Notes: generated by a model from the sequence alone, not told the origin. A stretch of 64,000 bases of DNA from Acidimicrobiales bacterium (GCA_041394105.1 JAWKIY010000010.1:12262-76261), one strand, 5' to 3'. Positions 37,568 through 46,820 are shown, numbered from the stretch's first letter. A program made the numbers and translations.

Positions 37568-37589
37568 AGGTGAACGCCAGGTGAACGCA
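37568..37589 (-). promoter_or_regulatory. PHO-box-like site: two tandem 11-nt direct repeats upstream of pstS
   Basis: The minus strand reads TGCGTTCACCT GGCGTTCACCT, with the proximal end about 82 nt upstream of the pstS GTG. It has the same GCG(G)TTCACCT unit as upstream of pstB. Confidence 0.5.
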
Positions 37590-37615
37590 GCCCCAACTCT
37601 TCGTGGCGTGCTCGC

Positions 37616-38494
37616 TCAGCTGCCGCCGAACAGGCGCCGGATGCCGCCGGTCAGGCGGTCCCACATCGACGGCGGGGGCGGCGCCGGCATCTCGGCGATC
37701 GCCGTCATCATCTCGTCGGTGTGGCCTTGGAAGATGGCGGTCACCACGGTGTCGTTGCGCTCGAGCACCACGACCTCCATGCCGTCCATCTCGCCGTGCC
37801 AGGCCTTGGCCCCGTCGATGTCGGTCATCTCGCCGCCGTCGGGCATCGCCGACCAGTCGACCACGCCCTGCTGCTCGAACAGCGACAGGCCCAGCCCCTG
37901 GGCGGCATAGGTGGCGTGCACGGCGTCGCCCGACAGGTAGGCGCTCTGCGCCGGCATCGGCCCGACGGCGTCGGGCACCACCATCCCGCCCATCGCCTCG
38001 GCGTCGTGCATGTCGACCGGAGCGAACCCGTCGTCGGTGGGCATCGGCTCCTGGGCGACCATCGCCTCGTGTCGGGCGGCGAAGGCGGTGAGCGGCGGCA
38101 CGACGGTGTCCGCCGCGGGCACGACGCCCGCCAGCACGACGAACGCCACCACCACGGCGCCGGCGGCCACGGCGACGTAGCGCCGGCGGCGGCGGTGGCG
38201 CCGGACCCGGGTCGGGCCGGCGGCGGTCGGCGCTCCGACACCGACGGGGGGCAGGGCCTCGACGTCGACGGCGGCGGCCAGGTCGATCGGGGGCTCGACC
38301 GGCGGCAGGCCTCGCAACGCCTGGCGCACGGCCGACAGCGACTCGTACTCGGCGCGCGCCTCGGGATCGGTGGCGATCCACCCCTCGACCTGGGCGGCGC
38401 GGGCGGGGTCGAGCTCGCCGTCGAGGAGGGCCGAGATGTCCTCGAAGCGGTCGATGCGCTCGAAGCGCTCGTCGAAGTCGTGGCCGGTCGTCAT
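37616..38494 (-). CDS. anti-sigma factor (single-pass membrane), non-ZAS
   Basis: The ATG at 38494 overlaps the sigma factor stop (ATGA). N-terminal anti-sigma-like helix region ISALLDGELDPARAAQVEGWIATDPEARAEYESL without the HxxxCxxC zinc motif. Central TM helix YVAVAAGAVVVAFVVLAGVV. Confidence 0.7.
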   Translation of the reverse strand: MTTGHDFDERFERIDRFEDISALLDGELDPARAAQVEGWIATDPEARAEYESLSAVRQALRGLPPVEPPIDLAAAVDVEALPPVGVGAPTAAGPTRVRRHRRRRRYVAVAAGAVVVAFVVLAGVVPAADTVVPPLTAFAARHEAMVAQEPMPTDDGFAPVDMHDAEAMGGMVVPDAVGPMPAQSAYLSGDAVHATYAAQGLGLSLFEQQGVVDWSAMPDGGEMTDIDGAKAWHGEMDGMEVVVLERNDTVVTAIFQGHTDEMMTAIAEMPAPPPPSMWDRLTGGIRRLFGGS

Positions 38495-39003
38495 GCCAGC
38501 AGCCCCCGCAGCAGCGACCGGCCCCGGTGGATGCGGCTGCGCACCGTGCCGACCGGCACGCCCAGCATGTCGGCGATCTCCTGGTAGCCGTACGTCAGCA
38601 CGTCGCACAGCACCACCGCCGCCCGGTAGTCCTCGGGCAGCGTGACCAGCGCCTCCTGGATGTGCTCGGGCAGGTCTTCCGCATCGAGCGCCTCGTCGGC
38701 CGACGGCGCGCCGGCGAGCACCCGCTCGGCGTCGTCGGGCAGCGCCTCGGCCGGCCGGCGCGCCTTGCGCCGGACGTCATCGAGGAAGGCGTTCGTGGTG
38801 ATGCGGCTCAACCATCCCTCCAGCGAACCGGGGGTGTAGGAGGCGAGCCCGCGCTGCACACGCAGAAGCACCTCTTGCACCAGGTCCTGGGCGTCGTCGT
38901 GCTTGCCGGTGAGCCGATACGCCACCGTGTAGAGGAAGCGCCCGTGGTCACGAGCGATCTCCTCCCAGGTGGGTACCCGGGGGTCTGGCCCGACCTCCGT
39001 CAT
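38491..39003 (-). CDS. ECF (sigma-70 group IV) RNA polymerase sigma factor, SigE-like
   Basis: 170-aa ORF with region 2 (DAQDLVQEVLLRVQRGL, WLSRITTNAFLD) and region 4 (YQEIADMLGVPVGTVRSRIHRGR). Confidence 0.9.
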   Translation of the reverse strand: MTEVGPDPRVPTWEEIARDHGRFLYTVAYRLTGKHDDAQDLVQEVLLRVQRGLASYTPGSLEGWLSRITTNAFLDDVRRKARRPAEALPDDAERVLAGAPSADEALDAEDLPEHIQEALVTLPEDYRAAVVLCDVLTYGYQEIADMLGVPVGTVRSRIHRGRSLLRGLLA

Positions 39004-39018
39004 CGCGCACTCCCGGAC

Positions 39019-39044
39019 AACGACCGCCGCAGCGGTTCGGTTCC
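39019..39044 (-). promoter_or_regulatory. candidate ECF-type autoregulatory promoter GGAAC-N17-CGTT
   Basis: The minus strand reads gtcGGAACcgaaccgctgcggcggtCGTTgtccGGGAGtgcgcgATG. This matches the ECF SigE/SigH-type consensus (GGAAC N16-17 cGTT). The -10 lies only 15 nt from the ATG, which leaves an awkwardly short leader. Confidence 0.35.
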
Positions 39045-39077
39045 GACAGCACCGTGGAGGCTCAGCATCACGAACGA

Positions 39078-39107
39078 CGCCCGCCGGCGGAGAGTTCCCG
39101 GCGGGCG
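39078..39107 (-). terminator. GC-rich hairpin downstream of tatA (10-bp stem, 10-nt loop)
   Basis: cgcccgccgg-cggagagttc-ccggcgggcg read directly. On the minus strand it is followed by TCGTTCGTG, a weak T-tract. It sits between the tatA stop and the sigma factor promoter candidate. Confidence 0.4.
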
Positions 39108-39120
39108 AGCGACACCCGGA

Positions 39121-39315
39121 TCAGGCGGAGGTAGCCGAGTCGTTGCTGGACGACTCGTCTTCCTTGGAGCCTTCCTCCACGCCCTTCTTGAACTCGTTCT
39201 GCGCCTGTCCCAAGCTGCGAGCCAGCTTGGGCAGCTGCGAACCGCCGAAGACGAGGAGGACGATCACCAGCACGATGATCATCTCCGGGCCACCGAAGTT
39301 GAAACCCAAGACCAT
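39121..39315 (-). CDS. tatA: twin-arginine translocase subunit TatA/E
   Basis: ATG 39315 within track ORF 39121..40290, giving 64 aa. Sequence FGGPEMIIVLVIVLLVFGGSQLPKLARSLGQAQNEFKKG. Confidence 0.9.
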   Translation of the reverse strand: MVLGFNFGGPEMIIVLVIVLLVFGGSQLPKLARSLGQAQNEFKKGVEEGSKEDESSSNDSATSA

Positions 39316-39369
39316 GTCGGTCACCCTACACCTCGCTGTCGAGGCTGCCGCAGTCGCCGGGAGGATGCC

Positions 39370-40239
39370 GTGCTCGAGTGCGTGGTGAACATCTCCGAGG
39401 GGCGCCGGGCCGACGTCCTCGACGCCCTGGTCGCCGCCGGCGGCGCGGCCGTGCTCGACGTGCACACCGACCCCGATCACAACCGCACGGTGCTGACGCT
39501 GGCCGGGCCCGGCGACGCCGCCGCCGACGCCGTGCGCCGCATCGCCGCCGTGGCGGTGGAGCGCATCGACGTCCGCGAGCACCGCGGCGTGCATCCCCGC
39601 ATCGGCGCCGTCGACGTGGTGCCGTTCGTACCGCTCGGCGACTCGTCGATGGACGACGCGCTGGCAGCGCGCGACGCCTTCGCCACCTGGTTCGCCGCGA
39701 CGCACGGGGTCCCCAGCTTCCGCTACGGCCCGGAGCGCAGCCTGCCCGACGTGCGGCGCGAGGCGTTCCGCGCTCTGCTCCCCGACATCGGCCCACCCCG
39801 GCCGCACCCCAGCGCCGGTGCCTGCGCCGTCGGCGCGCGGCCGGTGCTCGTGGCCTACAACGTGTGGTTGGCGACGCCGGATCTGGCGCTGGCACGCGCC
39901 GTGGCACGCTCGCTGCGCCGGCCACAGTTGCGCACGCTCGGGCTCCAGGTCGGCGACGCGGTGCAGGTGTCGATGAACCTGGTCGCCCCGGCGACGCTGG
40001 GGCCGGCCGAGGCGTACGACCTCGTGGCGGCGGCGACCCCGGTGGTGCGGGCGGAGCTGGTCGGCTTGATCCCGCGCTCGCTGCTCGACGCCGTGCCACG
40101 ACGGCGATGGGCGCAGCTGGACCTGGGCGAGGACCGCACGATCGAGGCGCGGCTGGCCCGGGCGCGACTCGACCGCGGCGTGGAGCCGCGGTCGAGACCC
40201 GAGAACGGCGGCCCGGCGGGGGTGGGCCGACGGACGTGA
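39370..40239 (+). CDS. glutamate formimidoyltransferase (FtcD N-terminal domain-like)
   Basis: GTG 39370 with GGGAGGA upstream (within track ORF 38527..40239). N-terminal LECVVNISEGR motif, HTDPDHNRTV, HPRIGAVDVVPFVPL. Confidence 0.8.
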   Translation: MLECVVNISEGRRADVLDALVAAGGAAVLDVHTDPDHNRTVLTLAGPGDAAADAVRRIAAVAVERIDVREHRGVHPRIGAVDVVPFVPLGDSSMDDALAARDAFATWFAATHGVPSFRYGPERSLPDVRREAFRALLPDIGPPRPHPSAGACAVGARPVLVAYNVWLATPDLALARAVARSLRRPQLRTLGLQVGDAVQVSMNLVAPATLGPAEAYDLVAAATPVVRAELVGLIPRSLLDAVPRRRWAQLDLGEDRTIEARLARARLDRGVEPRSRPENGGPAGVGRRT

Positions 40240-40243
40240 GGGT

Positions 40244-40527
40244 TCAGGCGCCGGAGGCGGCTGCGGCCGCAGCCGCCCGCGACAGCGCACGCTGCCGGCG
40301 GATGCGGCGACGCTCGCGCTCGCTCATGCCGCCCCAGATGCCGAACTTCTCGCTGTTGGAGAGCGCGTACTCGAGGCAGTCCTCGCGCACCACGCACCCG
40401 CGGCAGACCTCTTTGGCCTCACGGGTGGGCGCGCCACGCTCGGGAAGAACAGATCGGGATCGACCCCGAGACAGTTGGCGTAGTTCTGCCACGACTTGTC
40501 AGGCGCGGCTTCGTTCGATGCGTGCAT
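40244..40527 (-). pseudogene. WhiB family regulator (WhiB2/WhmD-like), one frame break at G/C run 40442-40444
   Basis: ATG 40527 with GAGGAGG upstream. MHASNEAAPDKSWQNYANCLGVDPDLFFP (ORF 40324..40638) continues as ERGAPTREAKEVCRGCVVREDCLEYALSNSEKFGIWGGMSERERRRIRR (ORF 40244..40492) if one C is added. Confidence 0.8.
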
Positions 40528-40660
40528 TTGGTACCCCAGCCTCCTCAGACTCCCCGCCCTGGCTGCCACCGCCTGCTGCACGGGCGACCGCGCAACCTCG
40601 GTCATCGCTCCCTGTGCAGCGTGCGGCGCATACCACATCTGTAATTACAACGGTGTGATA

Positions 40661-41213
40661 ATGGCCCCCTTCGCCTCGGAACGCAAGAGGAGATTGGTTT
40701 TGGGGTTTTCTGCGTCCGGGCCGGTCGAGGCGATCTGCGCCGACATCGCGACGCTGGCCGTCGACGTCGTCGTGAACGCGGCCAACCGCGAGCTGCGCCG
40801 GGGCTCGGGGGTGTGCGGTGCGATCTTCGCCGCCGCCGGTCCGGCGCTGGATGACGCCTGCGCCGCCATCGGAGGGTGCGCCACCGGTGACGCCGTCGCC
40901 ACGGACGGGTTCGACCTGCCGGCGCTGGATCGTGCACGCCGTCGGCCCCGTGTGGCACGGCGGCGACGACGGGGAGGCGGACCTGCTGGCGTCGTGCTAC
41001 CGCCGGGCCCTGGCGGTCGGACGAGACCTCGGTGCCCGCTCGATCGCTCTCCCCGCCATCTCGACGGGCATCTACGGCTTCCCACCCGATGCTGCGGCCG
41101 CCATCGCCGTCGCCACGGCACGGGCCAACGCCACCGGGTGGGATCGCATCGTGCTCTGCGCCTTCGACACCGACACGCTGGCTCGGTATCAGGCGTTGCT
41201 CCGGCCGATCTGA
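40661..41213 (+). pseudogene. macro domain protein (O-acetyl-ADP-ribose deacetylase-like), one frame break near 40921-40927
   Basis: VDVVVNAANRELRRGSGVCGAIFAAAGPAL..GDAVATDGFDLPA (ORF 40496..41317) continues as WIVHAVGPVWHGG..SIALPAISTGIYGFP (ORF 40818..41213). Confidence 0.8.
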
Positions 41214-41253
41214 CGTCGGGTCGCCCACGGCCCGCCGCCGGCCACCCCGTCGC

Positions 41254-43289
41254 TCAGCTGGCGCGGCGGCCGCGCAGCAGCGCCCGCTTGTGCTCGAGGA
41301 AGTCGACCAGCACGTAGTCGCCGAGGTTCTGCGGCGTCGTGAAGAACGCCCGTCCCCGGTTCAGCTCGGTCAGCTTCTCGATGAAGGTGCGCAGGTGCGG
41401 GGTGGGATCGAGCATGAAGGTGTTGATGCGGATGCCCTCGCGGGTGAGGCGGGCCACCTCGGTGAGGGTGGCGTCGACCGTCTCACGCACCGGCGGGTAG
41501 TTGAAGAACACGTCGCCGGACGGGGTCAGGTGGGCGGTCGGCTCGCCGTCGGTGATCATCAGGATCTGCTTCGTGCCCGTCTCCCGGGCCAGCAGCCGGC
41601 GCGCGATCTGGAAGCCGTGCTGCATGTTGGTGCCGTAGACGAAGTCCCACGACACCTCGGGCAGCTGATCGGGACGCAGCTCGCGCGCCACCTCGGAGAA
41701 CCCGACGATGCCCAGGTAGTCGCGCGGGTACTGCGAGCTGATCAGCGCGTGCAGCGCCATCGCCACCTTCTTCGCCGGCAGGAAGTTGTCGCGCATGGGC
41801 ATCGACAGCGACAGATCGAGCATGAGCACCGTCGAGGTCCGCACGAGCTGCTCGGTGCGCTCGACCTCGAAGTCGTCAGGTGTCAGGCGCACCGGCGTGC
41901 CACCGCCGGTCCGGCGCACGGCGTTGCGCACGGTCTTCTCGATGTGGAGGTTGAAGGGGTCGCCCCACTCGTAGGCCTTGGTCGTGTAGTCGCGCTCGTG
42001 GCCGATGCCGCTGCGCTGGAGCTCGTGCAACGAGAAGCGGTCCTTGTCGAGCTTCTTGAACAGCTCGGCGAGGGCGTTCTGCCCGATGCGACGGATGCCG
42101 CGCGGCGTCAGCTCGAAGCGCCCCTCGGTGTTCTGGATGAGCCCGGCCTCCTCCAGCATGCGGGTGAGCTCGGCCATGCGCTCGAGCGACGCCGCCGCCT
42201 GGTCGCCGAGCAGCTCGCGCGCCCGGTCGAGGTCGACCTCGGCCAGCGCGCCCGGGTTCGTGGCGCCGCGCAGGAGGTTCTCGAGCTGGTCGATGTCGCC
42301 GAGCTCACGCATCATCATCGCCGCCTCGGCGAAGTCCAGGGGGTCCTGGCCGCTGAAGTCGTAGCGGCGGTTCCACCCGGCATCGGGGAACATCGAGCGC
42401 AGGTTGGCGCCGAGCTGATCGACCTGCCAGCGCAGGTCCATGTCCTCGAGCAGCTGCTCGGACAGCCCTTGGAGCTGCGCCCGTTGCTCGGGGTCATCGA
42501 GTTGAGCATCGACTGCATGGCGGCCATGCGCTGCGCCATCACCTCGAGCAGCTCGTCGAGGTCCTTGGGGTTCTCCGGGAAGAAGTCGCCGTAGCGCTCC
42601 ATGAACCCGTCGAAGTCGGGCTCCTCTCCTCGTTGGCGCTGCTCGAGCATGTGGTTGAGCTCGGCCATCATGTCCTTCATGCGGGCCAGGTCCTCGGGGC
42701 TGAGGTCGGCCATGGCCCCTGACAGCTGGTTCACGTAGTTCTGCATGATCTGCTGGCGGAGCTGATCGAGCAGCTCGTCGAAGCGCTGCTGTGCCTCGGC
42801 CGAGGTGAACTCGTAGCGCTGCAGGTCGCGCACCATGCCGTCGAGGTCAGGCGAGAGCATGTCGAGCTCGAGGTGCTTGTTGGCCACCGACTCCTCGGTG
42901 AGCTCCTGGCGGCGGGCGTCGCCCGACTGGCGAGCCTGCTCGGCCAGGTCTTGCAGCGACTGGCGCTCGGCGTCGACCACCTCGCGCAGCTCCTGGGCGA
43001 TGTCGTCGTAGATGCCGCCGAGGTTGTACTGCTCGAGCTTCTCGCGCCGCCGGTCACGCAGCTGCTCGAGCATCTCGCGCAGCCCCGTCATGTCGGAGCC
43101 GTCGTGATCGGTGAGGCCCTCCTGCAACGCCCGACGCAGCGCCGCCGACAGGTCGCCGTGGTACAGCAGGTCGTCGTTGAGCTGCTCGAAGATGTCGAAG
43201 GCGTCCAGCTGGAAGCCGGTCTGGGTGCCGTCCCAGCGCGAGTAGGTGACGTGCGTGCGCTCCGGTCGGAACCGGTTCCCCCGTGCCAT
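41254..43289 (-). pseudogene. vWA domain-containing protein (partner type of ChlI/MoxR-like ATPases), one frame break at G/C run 42490-42493
   Basis: The N-terminal coiled-coil part is in ORF 42315..43361 from ATG 43289 (..MAAMQSMLNSMTP). It continues as EQRAQLQGLSEQLLEDMDLRWQVDQLG.. (ORF 41254..42441) if one C is added. vWA MIDAS-like sequence VLMLDLSLSM and ILMITDGEPT. Confidence 0.8.
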
Positions 43290-43353
43290 GGGCTCAGGGT
43301 ACCGGCGCCGACCGGGTGGCGGGCCGGGCGGGCGGGTGCTTCGATGACCCGCC

Positions 43354-44658
43354 ATGACCACGAACGGGTTCCCGGCCGGGTTCTGGTGGGGGTCGGCCGC
43401 GTCGGCGACCCAGACCGAGGGCGCGGCGCCACGCGCCGACTACCGGCGCTGGGAGGAACAGGGCCGCGCCCCACGCTCCGGTGACGGGAACGGGTTCGCC
43501 ACGCGCTACGCCGAGGACTTCGCCCTGCTCGCCGAGCACGGCCTGACCCACCATCGCCTCTCGCTCGAGTGGGCACGCCTCGAGCCGTCGGAAGGCGTGC
43601 ACGACCCGGAGGCCGTCGAGCACTACCGGGCCGTGCTCGAGGCAGCACGGGCCGCCGGGCTCGACGTGTGGGCGTGCCTGCACCACTTCTCGCTGCCGGG
43701 CTGGTTCGCCGACGACCTCGGCGGGTTCACCGACGATCGGGCGCGCGGCTACCACTGGGCCCGCCACGTCGACTGGATGGGCGAGACGTTCGGCGACCTG
43801 GTGTTCGGGTGGAAGCCGATCAACGAGCCGGTCGCCTACGCCGGGGGCGGGTGGCTGCTGGGCACGCTGCCACCTGGCGTGAGCGACTTCGAAGCGTTCA
43901 CCGGTGCGCTGCGGGGCACGTTGCTCGCCAACGTCGAGGCCTGGCGCCTGCTGCGTTCGGGCGGCAAGCCGGTCATGTCGATCATGAACCTCTCCCCCTT
44001 CTACCCGGCGGTGCGCTCGCGCGAGCCCGACGAGCGGGAGGCGGCGGCGACGGCGGCGCAGGCCTTCGACGACGTCTTCTGGACGAGTTGGGTGCGCCTG
44101 GTGCGCGACGGCGTGCTGGCGCTGCCCGGGCGCGCCGAGGAGGAGGTGCCCGACGGGCGCGACGCCTTCGACCTGATCGGTTTCTCGTACTACTTCGCCC
44201 AGTCGGTGTACGCCGACCTGTCGACCGGCCCCTACCCTGCCGATGCCCGCGTCGGGCCGCTCGGCTACGCGCCCTGGCCGGAGGGACTGGGCATCGTGCT
44301 GCGTCGGCTGGCGGACGAGCTGCCGAGGAAGCCGATCGTGGTGGCGGAGTGCGGCTTCGGCACACCGACGGCGGCCGACGACGACGCCTGGCGCACCGAC
44401 CTGCTGCGCGCCTCGCTCGAGGAGACGCGCGACGCCGTCGCCGACGGGGTCGACGTGCGGGGCTTCTTCCACTGGACGGCGGTCGACAACTACGAGTGGA
44501 GCTACGGCCACGATGTGGCGTTCGGCCTGTTCGACCGCGACCGCAACCCGAAGGGCTCGGCGCAGCTGGCCAAGGCGTGGGCGCTCGGCGCCGACGGCGC
44601 CACCGCCAGCCCGGCGCCGACGCCTGCCACCACCCCTCCGAAGGAGCACGATCGATGA
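43354..44658 (+). CDS. GH1 family beta-glucosidase
   Basis: Intact 434-aa ORF with N-terminal FWWGSAASATQTEG, acid/base INEP and nucleophile context VAECGFG (ITENG-type), then FHWTAVDNYEW. Confidence 0.9.
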   Translation: MTTNGFPAGFWWGSAASATQTEGAAPRADYRRWEEQGRAPRSGDGNGFATRYAEDFALLAEHGLTHHRLSLEWARLEPSEGVHDPEAVEHYRAVLEAARAAGLDVWACLHHFSLPGWFADDLGGFTDDRARGYHWARHVDWMGETFGDLVFGWKPINEPVAYAGGGWLLGTLPPGVSDFEAFTGALRGTLLANVEAWRLLRSGGKPVMSIMNLSPFYPAVRSREPDEREAAATAAQAFDDVFWTSWVRLVRDGVLALPGRAEEEVPDGRDAFDLIGFSYYFAQSVYADLSTGPYPADARVGPLGYAPWPEGLGIVLRRLADELPRKPIVVAECGFGTPTAADDDAWRTDLLRASLEETRDAVADGVDVRGFFHWTAVDNYEWSYGHDVAFGLFDRDRNPKGSAQLAKAWALGADGATASPAPTPATTPPKEHDR

Positions 44659-45332
44659 GCACCGACCCCAAGGCCGCCGCCAAGGAGGCCACCGGCCGCC
44701 ACGCCGCCACCTACGTCGCGGACGACATGCGCGTCGGGCTCGGCACCGGCTCGACCGTCCACTTCACGATCCTCGACCTCGGGGAGCGGGCCCGAGCCGG
44801 GCTGCGCATCACGTGCACGGCGACGTCCGAGCGCACCGAGACGCTGGCGCGCCAGGTCGGCCTCGAGGTCGTGGCGCCCGACGTGATCGGGGCGCTGGAC
44901 ATCGCCATCGACGGCGCCGACGAGGTCGATCCCGACCTCAACCTGACCAAGGGCGGCGGCGGGGCGCACACCCGGGAGAAGATCGTGGCGTCCATGGCGC
45001 CGCGCTTCATCGTCGTCGTCGACGAGTCGAAGCTCGTCGAGCGCCTCGGCCCGTTCGGCACGCCGCTCGAGGTGCTCGACTTCGCCCCGGCCACGACAGC
45101 GGGCTTCGTCACGCAGCTCGGCGCCGCCGAGGTGACGACGCGCCCCGAACGCTCCGACAGCGGCAACCTGTTGATGGACGCCCACTTCGGTGCCATCGAA
45201 GACCCGGTGGCGCTGGCCGCGAAGCTCGCCGCCGTGCCCGGGGTCGTCGAGCACGGCATCTTCGCCGGCACCCTCGTCGAGCGCGTCGTGATCGCCGGCG
45301 ACGACGGCTCCGTGCGCGTCCTGATGCACTGA
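44655..45332 (+). CDS. rpiA: ribose-5-phosphate isomerase A
   Basis: The ATG at 44655 overlaps the GH1 stop (ATGA). Motifs VGLGTGST, DGADEVD, KGGGGAHTREK. Confidence 0.9.
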   Translation: MSTDPKAAAKEATGRHAATYVADDMRVGLGTGSTVHFTILDLGERARAGLRITCTATSERTETLARQVGLEVVAPDVIGALDIAIDGADEVDPDLNLTKGGGGAHTREKIVASMAPRFIVVVDESKLVERLGPFGTPLEVLDFAPATTAGFVTQLGAAEVTTRPERSDSGNLLMDAHFGAIEDPVALAAKLAAVPGVVEHGIFAGTLVERVVIAGDDGSVRVLMH

Positions 45333-45351
45333 CGGCCGGCGGCCGCCGGCG

Positions 45352-46770
45352 TCAGCGTCGCCCGCGGTAGTGGGCGCGGCCGCCCACGGCGTCCTTGTTG
45401 AGGCGCTTCGACAGGTGCAGGCCCTCGAGCACGAACTCGACCGCGGCGGCGATGCTCGCCGGCGCCTCGTCTCCCTCGGTCAGGGCCGCGACCGGGGCCT
45501 CGAGCGCCGGGATCGCCCGGTAGGTGGCCAGGTACTCGTCGGTCGACACGTCCTCGCCGACGTGCACGACCAGGTCCTCGTCGAACGGGTCGAGCACCGG
45601 GCGCACCAGCTCCATGGGGCACCGCTCCTTGAACACCGCCAGCACGGCCGACGAGATGAGGTGGTCGATGATCGCCTCGTCTCGCCCCTCCTCGATCGAC
45701 TCGATCTCGACCTTGCCCATGGTCGACGCCACGAGGGCGTCGATGTCGGTGACCCGCGGGATCACGTCGGTCTCGCCCGAGAGCAGGGCCCGGCGGGCGG
45801 CGTTGGCGACCAACGTCTCCATGTTGGCGATGGTGAGGCGCACCGACACGCCGGAGCGCTGGTTCAGGTGCGGGCTCTGGCGCGCCAGGTGCGACAGCGA
45901 CGCCACCACCTCCGCCATGTACGTCGGGATGCGCACCTGCAGGCCCGACGTCTCGAGCGGGCGCATCTCGGCCATGGCGATGTCGACCTCGGTGTCGACC
46001 TCGAGCGGGTAGTGGGTGCGGATCTGCGAGCCGAACCGGTCCTTGAGCGGCGTGATGATGCGGCCCCGGTTCGTGTAGTCCTCGGGGTTCGCCGACGCGA
46101 ACAGCAGCACGTCGATGGGCAGGCGGATCTTGTAGCCGCGCACCTGGACGTCACGCTCCTCGAGCACGTTGAGCAGGCCCACCTGGATGCGCTCGGCGAG
46201 GTCGGGCAGCTCGTTGATGGCGAAGATGCCGCGGTTGGTGCGGGGCACGAGGCCGTAGTGCAACGTCAGCTCGTCGCTGAGGTAGCGCCCCTCCGCCACC
46301 TTGATCGGATCGACCTCGCCGATCAGGTCGGCGATGGAGGTGTCGGGGGTGGCCAGCTTCTCACCGAAGCGCTGGTCGCGATGCACCCACTCGATCGGGG
46401 CCGCGTCGCCCTCGGCGTCGACGAGCTCGCGGGCGTGGCGGGAGACCGGGGCGTACGGGTCGTCGTTGATCTCGGACCCGGCGATGACCGGCATCCACTC
46501 GTCGAGCAGGCCGACGACCGAGCGGATCATGCGGGTCTTCGCCTGGCCGCGCTCGCCCAGGAAGATCACGTCGTGCCCGGCGAGCAGCGCGTTCGCCAGC
46601 TGGGGCAGCACGGTGTGCTCGTAGCCCTCGACGCCGGGGAACAGCGGCGCTCCGGCGGCGATGCGCTGCGCCGCGTTGTCGCGGATCTCGTCCTTGACCG
46701 AGCGGGACACCCACCCGCTCGCACGCAGCTCGCCCAGCGTGGTCGGTCGATCGGCGGTGCCGTCGGTCAT
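45352..46770 (-). CDS. AAA+ ATPase, magnesium chelatase ChlI/MoxR-like
   Basis: ATG 46770 with AGGGGGAA upstream (inside track ORF 45352..47277), giving 472 aa. Walker A-like FLGERGQAKT, Walker B GIFAINELPDL, and LLFASANPEDYTNRGRIITPLKDRF. Confidence 0.85.
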   Translation of the reverse strand: MTDGTADRPTTLGELRASGWVSRSVKDEIRDNAAQRIAAGAPLFPGVEGYEHTVLPQLANALLAGHDVIFLGERGQAKTRMIRSVVGLLDEWMPVIAGSEINDDPYAPVSRHARELVDAEGDAAPIEWVHRDQRFGEKLATPDTSIADLIGEVDPIKVAEGRYLSDELTLHYGLVPRTNRGIFAINELPDLAERIQVGLLNVLEERDVQVRGYKIRLPIDVLLFASANPEDYTNRGRIITPLKDRFGSQIRTHYPLEVDTEVDIAMAEMRPLETSGLQVRIPTYMAEVVASLSHLARQSPHLNQRSGVSVRLTIANMETLVANAARRALLSGETDVIPRVTDIDALVASTMGKVEIESIEEGRDEAIIDHLISSAVLAVFKERCPMELVRPVLDPFDEDLVVHVGEDVSTDEYLATYRAIPALEAPVAALTEGDEAPASIAAAVEFVLEGLHLSKRLNKDAVGGRAHYRGRR

Positions 46771-46820
46771 GGTTCCCCCTGGTCCTCGGCGATCGGCGGC
46801 ACGGGTGGCACGCCGAAGCG

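Noticed and set aside
40528-40638. In-frame upstream ATG at 40638 that would add 37 residues to the WhiB2-like protein.
   Set aside because: The extension (MWYAPHAAQGAMTEVARSPVQQAVAARAGSLRRLGYQ) has no similarity to WhiB N-termini that I know of. A strong GAGGAGG RBS precedes the ATG at 40527.
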